A stretch of DNA of 63,031 bases, filler included, from Thraustochytrium aureum (taxonomy: Eukaryota): assembly GCA_012862495.1 (NCBI GenBank). It is 7 parts of 3 records of this genome, joined end to end, with 100 filler letters (N's around TTAATTAATTAA, not from the genome) between each part and the next. Parts side by side here need not be neighbours in the genome. Positions count along the whole stretch, not along the records: positions 36,469 to 47,540 come from BLSG01000462.1; positions 47,641 to 61,808 come from BLSG01000462.1; 5 more parts are not named here. One strand, 5' to 3'. The notes beneath the pieces were generated by a model. That model did no database searches and was not told the origin of the DNA. It worked only from the letters and a program-made list of their open reading frames with translations. Shown piece after piece: positions 47,298 through 58,534 of this stretch; positions within the stretch are counted from its first letter, which is position 1, and each line of letters opens with the position of its first letter. The translations under genes and the position numbers were made by a program.

Positions 47298-47540
47298 ATG
47301 AAGGTGACCGCCGCCGCCCTGGTCTTGATGGCCGTGTCGGTGCAAGCCGACATCTACATGCACAACCCGCGCGGCTCCAACAACCGCAACTGCCGCACGG
47401 ACAACAACAAGGAGCGCCGCAACGGCAACCGCCTCTTCGACTCCCAGAACAACGACAACGGCGGCTACAGCTGCCCGCGCGCCTGGCCCTTCGACTGCTA
47501 CAAGGTGATTGACGACGCCAACGCGCACAACCAGTGCCGG
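47298..47540 (+). CDS. DD3-3-like secreted/surface protein, N-terminus only
   Basis: Signal peptide followed by DIYMHNPRGSNNR...RRNGNRLFDSQNNDNGGY, the conserved N-terminus of Dictyostelium DD3-3 homologues. Confidence 0.8.
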
Positions 47541-47640
47541 NNNNNNNNNNNNNNNNNNNNNNNNNNNNNNNNNNNNNNNNNNNNTTAATTAATTAANNNN
47601 NNNNNNNNNNNNNNNNNNNNNNNNNNNNNNNNNNNNNNNN

Positions 47641-47726
47641 GTGGCATGCCCCAGGGCGGCGGCGCGGTCAACCCGTACGGCGGCTACAACCAGCAGGCCG
47701 CGAACCCCTACTACGCGCGTGCTTGA
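47641..47726 (+). CDS. C-terminal tail of a gene (possibly the DD3-3-like gene)
   Basis: GMPQGGGAVNPYGGYNQQAANPYYARA* with host-like codons. Confidence 0.45.
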
Positions 47727-47925
47727 GCTGCGCGCAGTGCTTGTGCAAGCTAGCTCCTGTGTGGACAGCAAGAGTTGGCTGCTCCCATATTGTGATATGA
47801 TCTCTTCAGAGCCAGGCGGCTTCGCTTTCGTCGAGGATGTGGGGCCAAACATGACATCGACAACCTCTCGCCAACCCTTTCGCGTAACCTACCGACCTAC
47901 TTTATAGACTCGACCGCACGCATTT

Positions 47926-47965
<40 letters not shown>
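47926..47965 (+). repeat. (ATCA)n microsatellite
   Basis: About 10 tandem ATCA units. Confidence 0.95.
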
Positions 47966-48430
47966 CCCTTTTGACCAAGCCACTCGTGGTTGGGGCTCGC
48001 TCGCCAGTGGCTTGTGCCTTTGCTTGCTTTGGCGGGGAAACTGCCTGGTCAACTAATCACTTTCCGCAAGCCATCATGGTCACTTTGACCCGCAAGCCAT
48101 CATGGACAAGGTTGTAATGGATGTCTGGTCTCGGCATCGCAAGGCTGTCATCCGTCAATATTTTGCGTCATCTGGCTTCCTTGTTGACTCGTCTTCAAGT
48201 TCTATCCATTGCTTCGCTTGACAATGAACTCGCGGTTCCAAAACCAACCAACTCCTGTGGGCCCTCATTGTGGCCTCTTCAGCCCGCAGTGTCTGTCGCG
48301 CACAGACGTGCTTTGCTCGGGGTTGCTGCTCAAGTCTCCAGCAGGTTTCCTCTTCGCGTTGTTGCAACACCGACTAGTGGGTAGCCTCAGGGTCATTCAT
48401 TTTGCTCGAATTTATGGTACAAGCTTTGAG

Positions 48431-50164
48431 CTAGCCGAGCTGCAGGAGCAAAATGTTGTCCTCGGTCTCGTCCTCCTGCGATCCATCACATTCATCGCGA
48501 GATTGAACTTGGCTTGGCGCTGGAGTTTGAACTTGAGCAATACCACTCGACTCGCTCCGTCGCTCGTGGCCACGTGGGCTGCCTTCCAACGTTGCGAGCT
48601 CTTCTTGTTCAGCGAGAAACGCGGCCCACATGATCCGGTTTTGCGGGTCGTTCAGGAAGCGCATGAAGCTGTCGTAGTAGAGCATACACAAAACGTCAAG
48701 GACGCACTCGTCAAACACGGCTGGCGTTGCTTGGAAACCGTTTCCTCGTTCAGCCTCAACTCTGGCGTCGACCTCGGCGCCATGTCGTCCCCGAGTTGCA
48801 GCGAGCGGCGAGAAGCGCGCGACGAGATGAGCTGGAAGGTTGACCTGCATTCGCGCGTTCGAAGCCACATACTTGTCGAAAATTTCGAGACATTGAGCCT
48901 GCATTGCAAAGGCAGCGGCCAGGTCCTGCGAGGCAGAGCTTGCCTTCGCGCTGCCCTCGCTTTCCTCCGCAGAGTGCAAGTTATGCCGCTTTTGAGACGC
49001 TACGAGCTGCTGTGGGCCAGGGACAACCGCGTGAGTTGGGCTTGGCGTTGATCCCAGTTTCCCTGTGGCGACCGTGCGCACCGTCCTGTCTCGGGAACGC
49101 GGCTTGAAGGCTGCTGCATAGTGCAGGGCGTCCACAACAAAATGCAGCGTCTCGACGCCGAGCTCGGCAGTAAGATGTTTCTCCAGAGCATTGTAGCCAC
49201 GCTCGCTTAGTATGAAAGTCTGCAGGTGCATTACTTCGGGGGACTTGGAGCTCTTTTGGATGCGGTCTCGAAGGTTGTCGGCAGCCTCCTTCACGTCGAC
49301 CTCAACGACGCCGTTGGCCCTGAGGAGCGACCGGCTGTGCCACGAATCGACGACGGCGTTAGCAGTCGGAAGAGTCACAAGGGAGACGTGAAACATCAGG
49401 ATAAACGGAAGAAAGGTGGCTCCGATCCACCGCTCCTCCCTGATAGCCCCAACAGCGTAGAGCAAGAAAACCACAAAGCTCGCCGTCATGGACCCGATTG
49501 CGTCCATGCACATCCAGAAGAGCATCTGCTTGATGCCGAGGGCGTCGCCTGCGCGAGACTGCTTGGCCACGTCCAGGACAAAGCCCGCCAGGAGACCACT
49601 GTAGACGACTCCGATGACCATCATCTGCCCAAGAACAAGCCAGGTCGAGCGAAAGCAGGCGCCGAGGGATTCCAGGTCTGCGCCCGCGTCGGGTCTGCTC
49701 AGCCCCAGGCCAAGAAAAATCGCAGTCGAGGCTACGCCCATCACAACCACAATCCGATTCAGGCGCCAGAGCCAGGTCGCGTCTCGCATTCGCAGCGAAA
49801 AGGCAATGAGTCTGCTCTCCAGCCCGCGGCTCGTCGCGGACTGCTTGGCGCCGCTGTGCCGGTTGCGTTCGTACAGCTTCTGGAAGCGGAGTAGGTAGTT
49901 GAGAAAGCACTGCCACACCACAAGGACGGGGGCGCTGCCCCACGCCGCGAAGACACCGCAAGGCATGATCCGTGCCCCGACCAAGCAAATGCCAGAGAAT
50001 GAGGCGAGCCCGGCCGTTGCTAGAGCGACCAGCTTGGTTTCCTGTACTCCTCGCGCGCGAAGCAGCCGGTTCGTGCGATAGGCGCAGAATACGGCGAGCT
50101 GGGCGACGAGCAAACCGGGCACGCCAAACCCGACGACCCACCCGGCGACGCTCCTCGCCTCCAT
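48431..50164 (-). CDS. Multi-pass (7TM-like) membrane protein with C-terminal RGS domain
   Basis: About 7 hydrophobic segments, then RGS motifs GYNALEKHLTAELGVETLHF, EIFDKYVASNARMQVNL, VFDECVLDVLCMLYYDSFMRFL. Confidence 0.85.
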   Translation of the reverse strand: MEARSVAGWVVGFGVPGLLVAQLAVFCAYRTNRLLRARGVQETKLVALATAGLASFSGICLVGARIMPCGVFAAWGSAPVLVVWQCFLNYLLRFQKLYERNRHSGAKQSATSRGLESRLIAFSLRMRDATWLWRLNRIVVVMGVASTAIFLGLGLSRPDAGADLESLGACFRSTWLVLGQMMVIGVVYSGLLAGFVLDVAKQSRAGDALGIKQMLFWMCMDAIGSMTASFVVFLLYAVGAIREERWIGATFLPFILMFHVSLVTLPTANAVVDSWHSRSLLRANGVVEVDVKEAADNLRDRIQKSSKSPEVMHLQTFILSERGYNALEKHLTAELGVETLHFVVDALHYAAAFKPRSRDRTVRTVATGKLGSTPSPTHAVVPGPQQLVASQKRHNLHSAEESEGSAKASSASQDLAAAFAMQAQCLEIFDKYVASNARMQVNLPAHLVARFSPLAATRGRHGAEVDARVEAERGNGFQATPAVFDECVLDVLCMLYYDSFMRFLNDPQNRIMWAAFLAEQEELATLEGSPRGHERRSESSGIAQVQTPAPSQVQSRDECDGSQEDETEDNILLLQLG

Positions 50165-50802
50165 AGCTGCTGCTGCCGCCTACGAGCAAGCAAGGCGGTT
50201 CTTGGCTGGCGCCGTGACCGTGCGACGCTGTCTCCCGCAAGCTGCCGTGTGCGCTGCCAGGCACTGCTTGGTCAGCCGCGGCGTGTTCAGCCACGGCTTG
50301 GCAACCCCCCAGGCGGTCAAAGGCAATGGTGGCACCGAGTTCGCCAGGGCCGGGTTTGGCTGCAAAGCCCGCTCGCTCGCTCGCACCGTCTTCACAGAAG
50401 GAGCGCTCGACGCCGGGGCAATCCGTGCCGCCGCTCTGCTTCGGCAGGCAGCGTGCAGGGCCAGGGCGCGCCCATCGTTGCGCTCCACGTCGATCACCGC
50501 CGCGCGTAACGGTCACATGTTCCATTTGCTCGCTCGGCGCTCGCCCGAAAGTGGTCGTGCGCCACTTCGTGCTGCTGCAAGTGCCACTCGGCAGCTGCCG
50601 GCGGGGAAGCCAAACGGCGGCCCGGCGCGAACCGCTCGCGTTGGCGTGCTGTCCCAAAAGTCGCCTCGGGAGCAGGCGCGAACGGCTCGTGTTGGCGCCG
50701 GCTGCAAAAAGCGGTCGCAAGTCCGCGTTTTTCGTGCCGTCCAGCACCGGTGGGTAGGTAGGTGTGCACGAGAAAAGCGAAGCCGAGCCAAAGCCTCGTG
50801 CA

Positions 50803-50880
50803 CTCCTCCCAGCGGAGCTGGCCAGAGACGAGCCGCATGCGGTCTCCTCCCAACGGAGCTGGCCAGAGACGAGCCGGATG
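50803..50880 (+). repeat. ~41-bp tandem duplication
   Basis: ctcctcccaRcggagctggccagagacgagccgSatg occurs twice. Confidence 0.85.
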
Positions 50881-51269
50881 AGGTTTTCACTGGGACAACC
50901 AAGTGATCAGTCACAACGCCAGGCTTTGCAGTTGACAGTTGTTGCACGGACAGCGCGACAAGGTTCCTTCGGCTTGGGGCCTGCCAGCCGTGTTTGCCGA
51001 GCCCGTCCGACTCCCCCTNNNNNNNNNNAACTCACAGGCGCCAGTTGGCGTGAGCTCCTGAGGCTTGGCGCGAGCGAGATCATTTCATAAGTCGGCGTCC
51101 TCGTTTACCGAGCTCATGAGCTCGAGTGAGCTCACAATGAATCAAAGCTCGAGCTTTGCCTGGACCTGGGTTTGGTTTGGCGTGAGCAAACCCAAAACGC
51201 GAGTTCCCAGACGTGTGAAACTCGAGCGCATAGCAGGCAAGCAGGTGGCTGGGAAACACGGACTGGACG

Positions 51270-54200
51270 ATGAAGGGCATCGGTGCTACAGCGATGGTGG
51301 CAGCTGCCTTGGCGGCGAGCAGCGCAGCCGGCGCAGGAGGGTCTCGCGATTTTGGCGTTGACTGGGTCTACCCGCGCGAGTTCGGGTCCAAGGGACAGCA
51401 CACGCTCCGTGTGTTCGGGCGTGGGCTGTGGGGCGCCACGGTCTATGTGGGAGACGCAAAGTGCGAGTTTGACACGACGCGATCGGGCGCGCAGGGCGAA
51501 TGGGCCGCTTGCGAAACCCCGGCGCTTCGAAACGGCACTTATCAGGTCACGGCGGTTTCCGCGGACGGGAGCGCTCAGGCGACGTGCGCCCAGTGCCTCG
51601 TAGAGGCTGTGGATGGGCACAACGCAGACGCTCTTGTCGCGTCTGACATGCAGGGGTGCGCCGGCGAGACTCTGCACATTTTTTCCACCGACGCCAAGGC
51701 CTGGTGGGGGCTTGAGGAGCCCCACACCCAGCTCCGAATGAGCATCGGAGGCGTTCCGGTCTATATCGACGCGCACTCGGCTCGGTTTCGCCGCGCTGTC
51801 GGCAACAACGCGAGCGAAGCCATGCACGAGCGGTCCAACGTTCACCAGGTTCACGCTCGCATTCCTGCCGGCGTCGAGGCCGGCGAGCACCAGGTCCGCG
51901 TTGTGATGGAAGCAATGCACCACACGCACACGGCGCACGGGCACGTAAACCTCGTCCATGCGCACGAGTACCACGGCGCAAGCCTTGCTCAGGGGAGCAG
52001 CGGTGTTGCCACGCAGGGCCCCGCCGGGACTGTGCTCGTGTACCCTGCGATCCACCGGGCAACTTTGGACACTTCGACGGGTAAGATCACGATTGTCGGC
52101 TCCGGGTTTGCCATAGACGAGTCTCGAGAGTCGGTGACACTTAATGGTCACGTTTGCCGTGTCGAAGAAACCGACTATCGCGTGATGGTTGTCGACTGCG
52201 GCGGCGAAGCAGCGCTTGGCGCGCTCGGTGCTGGTGCTGCTCCTGCCGCTGATGGGTCGTCGAGCGCCACACCGCTAGACTCTGGCGCCGCCCTCCTCGT
52301 TACGCGGAGAACTCCGCACGAGGGCGCATTGGCGCAAGAGATGGCGCGGATCCGCAACGAGATGGAGTGGCCCTCGGCCAACCCTGGCGTGACGTCACCA
52401 GGACACTTTCAGGTCGGCGAGTTTGTCGCGGCCTCGGTCGAAGAGACTTCGTTTGTCGCGCCGCTGGACGGCCTGTACAAGCTCGAGATGCACTGCGAAA
52501 CGGCCCGCACAAGCACGGACCCAGCCGACTGCCTGCTCGAGGGCTGGGACGAGCCCGTCCCCCTCGCGCGCGGCGAGACGCGAGCTGTGAAGCTGCGTTT
52601 TAAGCATTTCGTCGCAGGGGACCACTTTCGGGTGTCTGCACAAGTCACTCCAGCCGGAGACGTCGTGCAGCCCTTTGTCGTTGCAGCTGTGCCGGCGGCG
52701 TGGATGGCGCACAAGCGGGCCTCAGTTCCCACCGGGGAAATCGACGTCCCCCGCGTGACGGTGAACGGCCTGGCGGCTCGCTGCAGAGCGGACGAGAGCT
52801 CTGCAGACCCGCACTGCCGTGTCGTTGCGCTCAACCTGAAGCGTCACTTTGAGCCTGCCCCAAGTGTCCCGCTTCTTCAGAGTGAGCGAAGGGTCCTGCG
52901 CAGTCGCGAGCTGCAAAGCCTTCCCAACGGCGCTGTCACATTCAGTGCATGGGCTGCGTCAGCCGGATGCGCTGGAGCTGGCGCGGATTGCGTGATAGAG
53001 GCCGGGACTCATGTCGTGCTGGACACGGACGTGGACATTGGCTCTCTTGTTGTGCGCGGCAAGCTCGAGTGGAGCTCAAGTATCGTTGATGCCTCTCTGA
53101 CGATGCGGACAGGGTTTCTCGCTGTGGAGAGGTCTGGAAACTTTCGCATCGCCAACTCGGCGTCGCGATTGCGAACCCAGACTCTGTTTCTCAAAGCCAA
53201 CGGCAAGGCGCACGGTGTGCTTGGAGAGCGCTCGTTCGGGACGTATGGCGGCGCGGCGTCAGACAATCCGATTGCCGTCGTCGAGGGCTTCAAGCTGGGG
53301 CGAACCTGGTCGCTCCTGACGAGCACTGTCGAAGCAGGTGCGACTCAGCTCACGCTCGAGCACAACGTGGCTAGCATGGGCTGGCTTCCCGGCGATCGCA
53401 TCACTGTGGCGCCAACCAAGCGAGTCGAGAGCGACATCTTCATTGGACCGGAGACCTTTGTGATCGGCGCCATCGACGGCAACAAGGTGACGCTGGCCAA
53501 CGGGGCTGCAACGGGTCAGCAGTACTTGGGTCTCCCGGACCGGAAAATGCAGGCAGAGGTGATCAACTTGAGTCGCAACGTCATCATCACTGGCGACGCT
53601 TTCACGAACAACGTGGGCCTGCACACGATAAGCAGCGGGCAGCCAGGGTACATGCAAGTCAAGTACGCGCGCGTTGAACGTTGCGGGCAGCGCGGTATTC
53701 TGGGCCGCTACTGTCTGCATTTTCATCTGAAAGGTGAGTGCACGTCGTGCTTGTTTGAGGGCAACGCGATCGAGGACAGCCAGCAGCGCGGAGTTGTTGT
53801 GCACGGCACGCACCGCTCCCTCGCCTCCGGCAACGTCCTGTTCAAGGTGCGAGGGGCGGGTTTGTACATCGAGGACGGCAACGAGATGCACAACACATTT
53901 CGCGACAACGTCAACATTTGCCACGCCACCAAGGCGGACCAAAAGGCCTGCGCCGCGACAGGGACCGACAACGACCAATCAGATGACATCCAGCAGTCTG
54001 GTGCTTGGATTCTGTCGGTGACAAACAATTTTGAAGGCAACCGGATGGTCAACCACTACAACGCGCTCTTTACGCACGTGTCGGCGTTTGGGCGCGGCAA
54101 GGGCAACGCTGGGGGGCGAGTGTGCACCGTCCACGCGCCGTTTGGGACTTTCAAGGGCAACGTACACCACACCAACTGGCGATTCAATTTTTACGCGGAC

Positions 54201-55889
54201 AACAACTTTCCTCGCAACCTGCAGCGCTCCATTGCCTCGAACGGCATGGTCGAGGACATTGACAAGTGCCAAAACACGCCGGAGTGGTCGACGCCGTGCT
54301 CGTGCGACATGTTTAAAGCGGATGGCTCGGACAACGGGGTTGTTGGCTACATCCAGGACGGCGTGGACTGGGGTTCGCTGTTTGTAGGCCAGTACGACCT
54401 CGGGGACATCCAGTACCTTCGCCACTGGTCAGTGCACAATCTGCACAACATGTACTGGAAGGTGACCAAGAACTTTGCAGACGGGCATACTGCTCACCTC
54501 AAGGGCGGCACCTACGGCGCCTTTCCAGACACCCCTGGCTTTCCCGAGTTTGCGGTTGCCAACGTGGCTGGCCCTGGCGGCCACGGCGCCTTTGTGGTGG
54601 AGGACACTCGGTTTTTCGGGAGGACCGCCGAGGGCGCGTTGTGCAGTAATCAGCACTGCACCGTGGGCGGGACTGGGGGCGGGTGCGCCCCAGAGTACAC
54701 GCTGATCGGGGTCGATTTTTCGGGCATTTCAAGTGGCCTGCTCATCAAGTTTGGGCTCAGCGGCGGAGATGACCACGGGGCAATGTTTACTGCCCTGGAC
54801 AGCACGAGTCTCCCAGGCGGCGTCGTGAGTGTGGCGTCCAAGTTTCAGACCCATCTGCTCCAGCTTCGGGACAGAACCGGCGCGGTGGTGTGCCGGCGTG
54901 CGGAAGAACTCAACTTGAGGGACCAGCTCGACGACGGAATCGCATGCACCAAGCAGCTTCGCCGCCTGCAGCTGTGGACATCAGAGAATCTCGGGGCTGT
55001 GACTATTACGAGCCCCGGCACCGGTGCCTCGTATGCGATGAAGTATATTGCGCCGGCTGGCCCGCATCAGAACAAGCAGGGGTACTCGGCTGCGGTGATC
55101 GTTGACGCGCAGGAGCGGTTTAACTATGCCATTTCTTCGGACGTGGCCAAGATGACCGTCGAATTCAGCGACACGATTTTTGGCGATCGCTTTCGTGCGG
55201 TCGACACTATCGACCTCAGCTTTAACGGCGCCTTGTGCACTGCCACGTCCCAGCACGACCGCAGATTCATCGGGCCGTACGGGCCGTTTGTTCCAGGTCG
55301 AGGGGCTTGCAAAGGGCAGCCGAACGAGTCTGTCAAACCCCCGCCCTCCACAGGCGGTGGTGATGGTGATGGCGGAGGCGAACCTGTGTGCACGGCCCGA
55401 AACGGCGACCCCTTCTCGACGGGCAAGCGCGTTCCGTGCTGCAGCGGGGATAGCGAATGCCTCGGCGATTGGGCCGGAAACGGCATCTGGAGTTACCAGT
55501 GCCGCGACTCGTGCGGATCCACCTGCACTGCTATGGGCGAGGACTCGTGGAGTACAGGGACGCGTCTCCCGTGCTGTGGCTCGGACCTGACGGAGTGCTT
55601 GCACAACTGGAACAACGACGGCGAGACCTTCACGTATGTCTGTGCACCCGCGTGCCCAAGCGGGACGACTGCCCCGCCATGGTCTCCGAACTCTACGAAC
55701 ACAGCTCCTGTGGCAGGCGGTGAGCAAACGGGCGGCGCAGGAGTGATTCCCGGGGTCCTCGGGTCTGTTGCTGGCGTAATCGTTGTTGTGGCTGGCGTTG
55801 CGTTTGTCGTTGTCAAGAGAAACCGAGCTCGGCGTGACGAGCAGTCTTGGGCGATGACAGGAAAGGTTGGAGGGATGCCCGCGCTTTGA
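51270..55889 (+). CDS. G8-domain / parallel beta-helix type I membrane protein (PKHD1L1/TMEM2-like) with IPT/TIG-like N-terminus and two Cys-rich modules
   Basis: Signal peptide; G8-like CVIEAGTHVVLDTD...GSLVVRGKL; AEVINLSRNVII; CGQRGILGRYCLHFH; RGVVVHGTH; YIEDGNE; TM helix GVIVVVAGVAFVVV followed by KRNR. Confidence 0.88.
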   Translation: MKGIGATAMVAAALAASSAAGAGGSRDFGVDWVYPREFGSKGQHTLRVFGRGLWGATVYVGDAKCEFDTTRSGAQGEWAACETPALRNGTYQVTAVSADGSAQATCAQCLVEAVDGHNADALVASDMQGCAGETLHIFSTDAKAWWGLEEPHTQLRMSIGGVPVYIDAHSARFRRAVGNNASEAMHERSNVHQVHARIPAGVEAGEHQVRVVMEAMHHTHTAHGHVNLVHAHEYHGASLAQGSSGVATQGPAGTVLVYPAIHRATLDTSTGKITIVGSGFAIDESRESVTLNGHVCRVEETDYRVMVVDCGGEAALGALGAGAAPAADGSSSATPLDSGAALLVTRRTPHEGALAQEMARIRNEMEWPSANPGVTSPGHFQVGEFVAASVEETSFVAPLDGLYKLEMHCETARTSTDPADCLLEGWDEPVPLARGETRAVKLRFKHFVAGDHFRVSAQVTPAGDVVQPFVVAAVPAAWMAHKRASVPTGEIDVPRVTVNGLAARCRADESSADPHCRVVALNLKRHFEPAPSVPLLQSERRVLRSRELQSLPNGAVTFSAWAASAGCAGAGADCVIEAGTHVVLDTDVDIGSLVVRGKLEWSSSIVDASLTMRTGFLAVERSGNFRIANSASRLRTQTLFLKANGKAHGVLGERSFGTYGGAASDNPIAVVEGFKLGRTWSLLTSTVEAGATQLTLEHNVASMGWLPGDRITVAPTKRVESDIFIGPETFVIGAIDGNKVTLANGAATGQQYLGLPDRKMQAEVINLSRNVIITGDAFTNNVGLHTISSGQPGYMQVKYARVERCGQRGILGRYCLHFHLKGECTSCLFEGNAIEDSQQRGVVVHGTHRSLASGNVLFKVRGAGLYIEDGNEMHNTFRDNVNICHATKADQKACAATGTDNDQSDDIQQSGAWILSVTNNFEGNRMVNHYNALFTHVSAFGRGKGNAGGRVCTVHAPFGTFKGNVHHTNWRFNFYADNNFPRNLQRSIASNGMVEDIDKCQNTPEWSTPCSCDMFKADGSDNGVVGYIQDGVDWGSLFVGQYDLGDIQYLRHWSVHNLHNMYWKVTKNFADGHTAHLKGGTYGAFPDTPGFPEFAVANVAGPGGHGAFVVEDTRFFGRTAEGALCSNQHCTVGGTGGGCAPEYTLIGVDFSGISSGLLIKFGLSGGDDHGAMFTALDSTSLPGGVVSVASKFQTHLLQLRDRTGAVVCRRAEELNLRDQLDDGIACTKQLRRLQLWTSENLGAVTITSPGTGASYAMKYIAPAGPHQNKQGYSAAVIVDAQERFNYAISSDVAKMTVEFSDTIFGDRFRAVDTIDLSFNGALCTATSQHDRRFIGPYGPFVPGRGACKGQPNESVKPPPSTGGGDGDGGGEPVCTARNGDPFSTGKRVPCCSGDSECLGDWAGNGIWSYQCRDSCGSTCTAMGEDSWSTGTRLPCCGSDLTECLHNWNNDGETFTYVCAPACPSGTTAPPWSPNSTNTAPVAGGEQTGGAGVIPGVLGSVAGVIVVVAGVAFVVVKRNRARRDEQSWAMTGKVGGMPAL

Positions 55890-56341
55890 TGTCTGGTTCT
55901 TCTCGACGGCACCGAGAACAACCACGTCGAGCCCGTATCTGGCAAGGCCGCGCCTACTCGAGGAGCGCCCCACTCCCAACTCGTTCGTAAGAGGCCCGTC
56001 GTGAACTGAGGATTCAGGGCATGGATGGTCGGCTCTGTTGCCCAGGGCATGGCGGCGCTAGGTCCCAGCCGAGCCAAAGAGAAGCCCTCGAGACAGTGGC
56101 CGTGTCTCGTGTTTCGCACCAGGATGAGGAAAAAAAGCTCTTTTTGTTTTTGGTTTTCTCCGGCTGCTCCACGAAGAGGTTGCTTGGTGAAACGATTTCG
56201 ATCCGACATTATCCGTCAGGCGCTTCGCCACCTTGGAACTTTTGGTTGCCAGTCTAAATCCTATGGGACTGGGATTCTCCGTCGCTGGCTGCGTAAGGAG
56301 GCAGCCGAACTCGTACACATTTCTCTCGCAGTCAACCCCAC

Positions 56342-57536
56342 CTAAGTTGGGTCTTGGCTGGTGTTGGAGCTCCCCCCATCAAGGAGGTTAAGTATTGCCC
56401 GACCGGGAACATCGTTGTCAGGGTTGCTTTCAACAGCCTCTCGGAGGTTGTCAACGAAGCCGCTCTCCATGAGCTCGGGCAGGAAAGCATTCGTCCGCGT
56501 CTCGGCGCCGTCTGCAACGCCGGAGCGGATAATGTGTTGGAGTCCCTCAAGCGCCACCCTGTTGTCTCGGCTTTCAAACGCGACGTTCCAGTCGACGAAG
56601 TTGCACAGTCGCTTGATGCAGCCCTGTGCGACCAGAAAGCGAATCTGCTCCGGGGTGCCCCCGCTGGCGGCATTGGAGAAAACCCAGCAAATCTCGCGAC
56701 GGACAAAGTGGTCCACCGTAGGCATGATCCTGACCAAGTCGGCAATTACCCCGGAGTCCAGCACGGCCTGAATCTGGCGGGTAGTGCCCGCGGCCACGTT
56801 TGAGAGCGCCCAGCATGCTTCCTTTACAATGTTTACCTTTGCGTGGACCACAAGGGCGGCAAACGCCGCAACCGCGTTGGCGTCCACCGCTTGTTGGGTC
56901 TGCGCGTCGTGGCCGGTCACGACATTGCCGACCGTCCGGAGCGCGGGGGTGAGAACGGCGACCACTGTGTCTGGCTTGAGGAGGTCCACGAGGCGCGGCA
57001 GCACACCAGCAACCAAAACGGCTTCAATATTCACATTGCTCCCGTCGCTGAGGTAAGAGAGGGCCCAGCAGGCATCCGTCAGGACCTCGGTGTCTGTGCT
57101 GTAGATAATGGGCCGCAGGGCGGGAAGAGCGTCCTTAACCTGGTCGAAGGCAGGCGCAGGCCGCCCCTGCAAAGGTTTGAAAGCGCCCACACACCGTTCC
57201 GCAAGTTGCTGAGCTCCTCGCTGGGCTTCAAGTTGTAGAGCAGGTCGGGCAAGGCGTTGGCACGCAGGACGAGATCGCGCATCTCCGCAGAGTCACCCGC
57301 GATGTTGCCGAGCCCCCAAATGCATTGGTTGCGCACCTCGGCGTTGGGCGAGCGCAACAGCCGCACAAATTCCTGCACCGCGCCAGCCGCGACGAGCGCC
57401 GCGCACTGCGTGCTAGTCCCGCTTGCAACATTGGTAAGGCACCAGGCGGCCTCGTGCTGCAAGCCTGGCATCTCGTCGCGCCGGAGAAAGAGGACGAGGA
57501 TCGGCACCACCCCGCTCTCGACAACCTGGTTGATTG
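56342..57536 (-). CDS. IMPA: Importin subunit alpha (ARM repeats); 5' end in gap, frameshift near 57165
   Basis: EAAWCLTNVASG, WGLGNIAGDS, WALSNLCRG, DACWALSYLSDG, PALRTVGNVVTGHDAQTQ, KEACWALSNVAAG. Confidence 0.95.
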
Positions 57537-58534
57537 NNNNNNNNNNNNNNNNNNNNNNNNNNNNNNNNNNNNNNNNNNNNNNNNNNNNNNNNNNNNNNNN
57601 NNNNNNNNNNNNNNNNNNNNNNNNNNNNNNNNNNNNNNNNNNNNNNNNNNNNNNNNNNNNNNNNNNNNNNNNNNNNNNNNNNNNNNNNNNNNNNNNNNNN
57701 NNNNNNNNNNNNNNNNNNNNNNNNNNNNNNNNNNNNNNNNNNNNNNNNNNNNNNNNNNNNNNNNNNNNNNNNNNNNNNNNNNNNNNNNNNNNNNNNNNNN
57801 NNNNNNNNNNNNNNNNNNNNNNNNNNNNNNNNNNNNNNNNNNNNNNNNNNNNNNNNNNNNNNNNNNNNNNNNNNNNNNNNNNNNNNNNNNNNNNNNNNNN
57901 NNNNNNNNNNNNNNNNNNNNNNNNNNNNNNNNNNNNNNNNNNNNNNNNNNNNNNNNNNNNNNNNNNNNNNNNNNNNNNNNNNNNNNNNNNNNNNNNNNNN
58001 NNNNNNNNNNNNNNNNNNNNNNNNNNNNNNNNNNNNNNNNNNNNNNNNNNNNNNNNNNNNNNNNNNNNNNNNNNNNNNNNNNNNNNNNNNNNNNNNNNNN
58101 NNNNNNNNNNNNNNNNNNNNNNNNNNNNNNNNNNNNNNNNNNNNNNNNNNNNNNNNNNNNNNNNNNNNNNNNNNNNNNNNNNNNNNNNNNNNNNNNNNNN
58201 NNNNNNNNNNNNNNNNNNNNNNNNNNNNNNNNNNNNNNNNNNNNNNNNNNNNNNNNNNNNNNNNNNNNNNNNNNNNNNNNNNNNNNNNNNNNNNNNNNNN
58301 NNNNNNNNNNNNNNNNNNNNNNNNNNNNNNNNNNNNNNNNNNNNNNNNNNNNNNNNNNNNNNNNNNNNNNNNNNNNNNNNNNNNNNNNNNNNNNNNNNAA
58401 AACTGCCGCCAGGACACCGTCCCAGCGGACTTTTCGCCGGCTGCACGACATCAAATTTGCCCGAGTAGCAAAGCTCGTCGGGGTCACCTGCAGGAAGCCG
58501 AGGAAAAGGCTAATGGCCAGGTTGCAAGCCCTCT

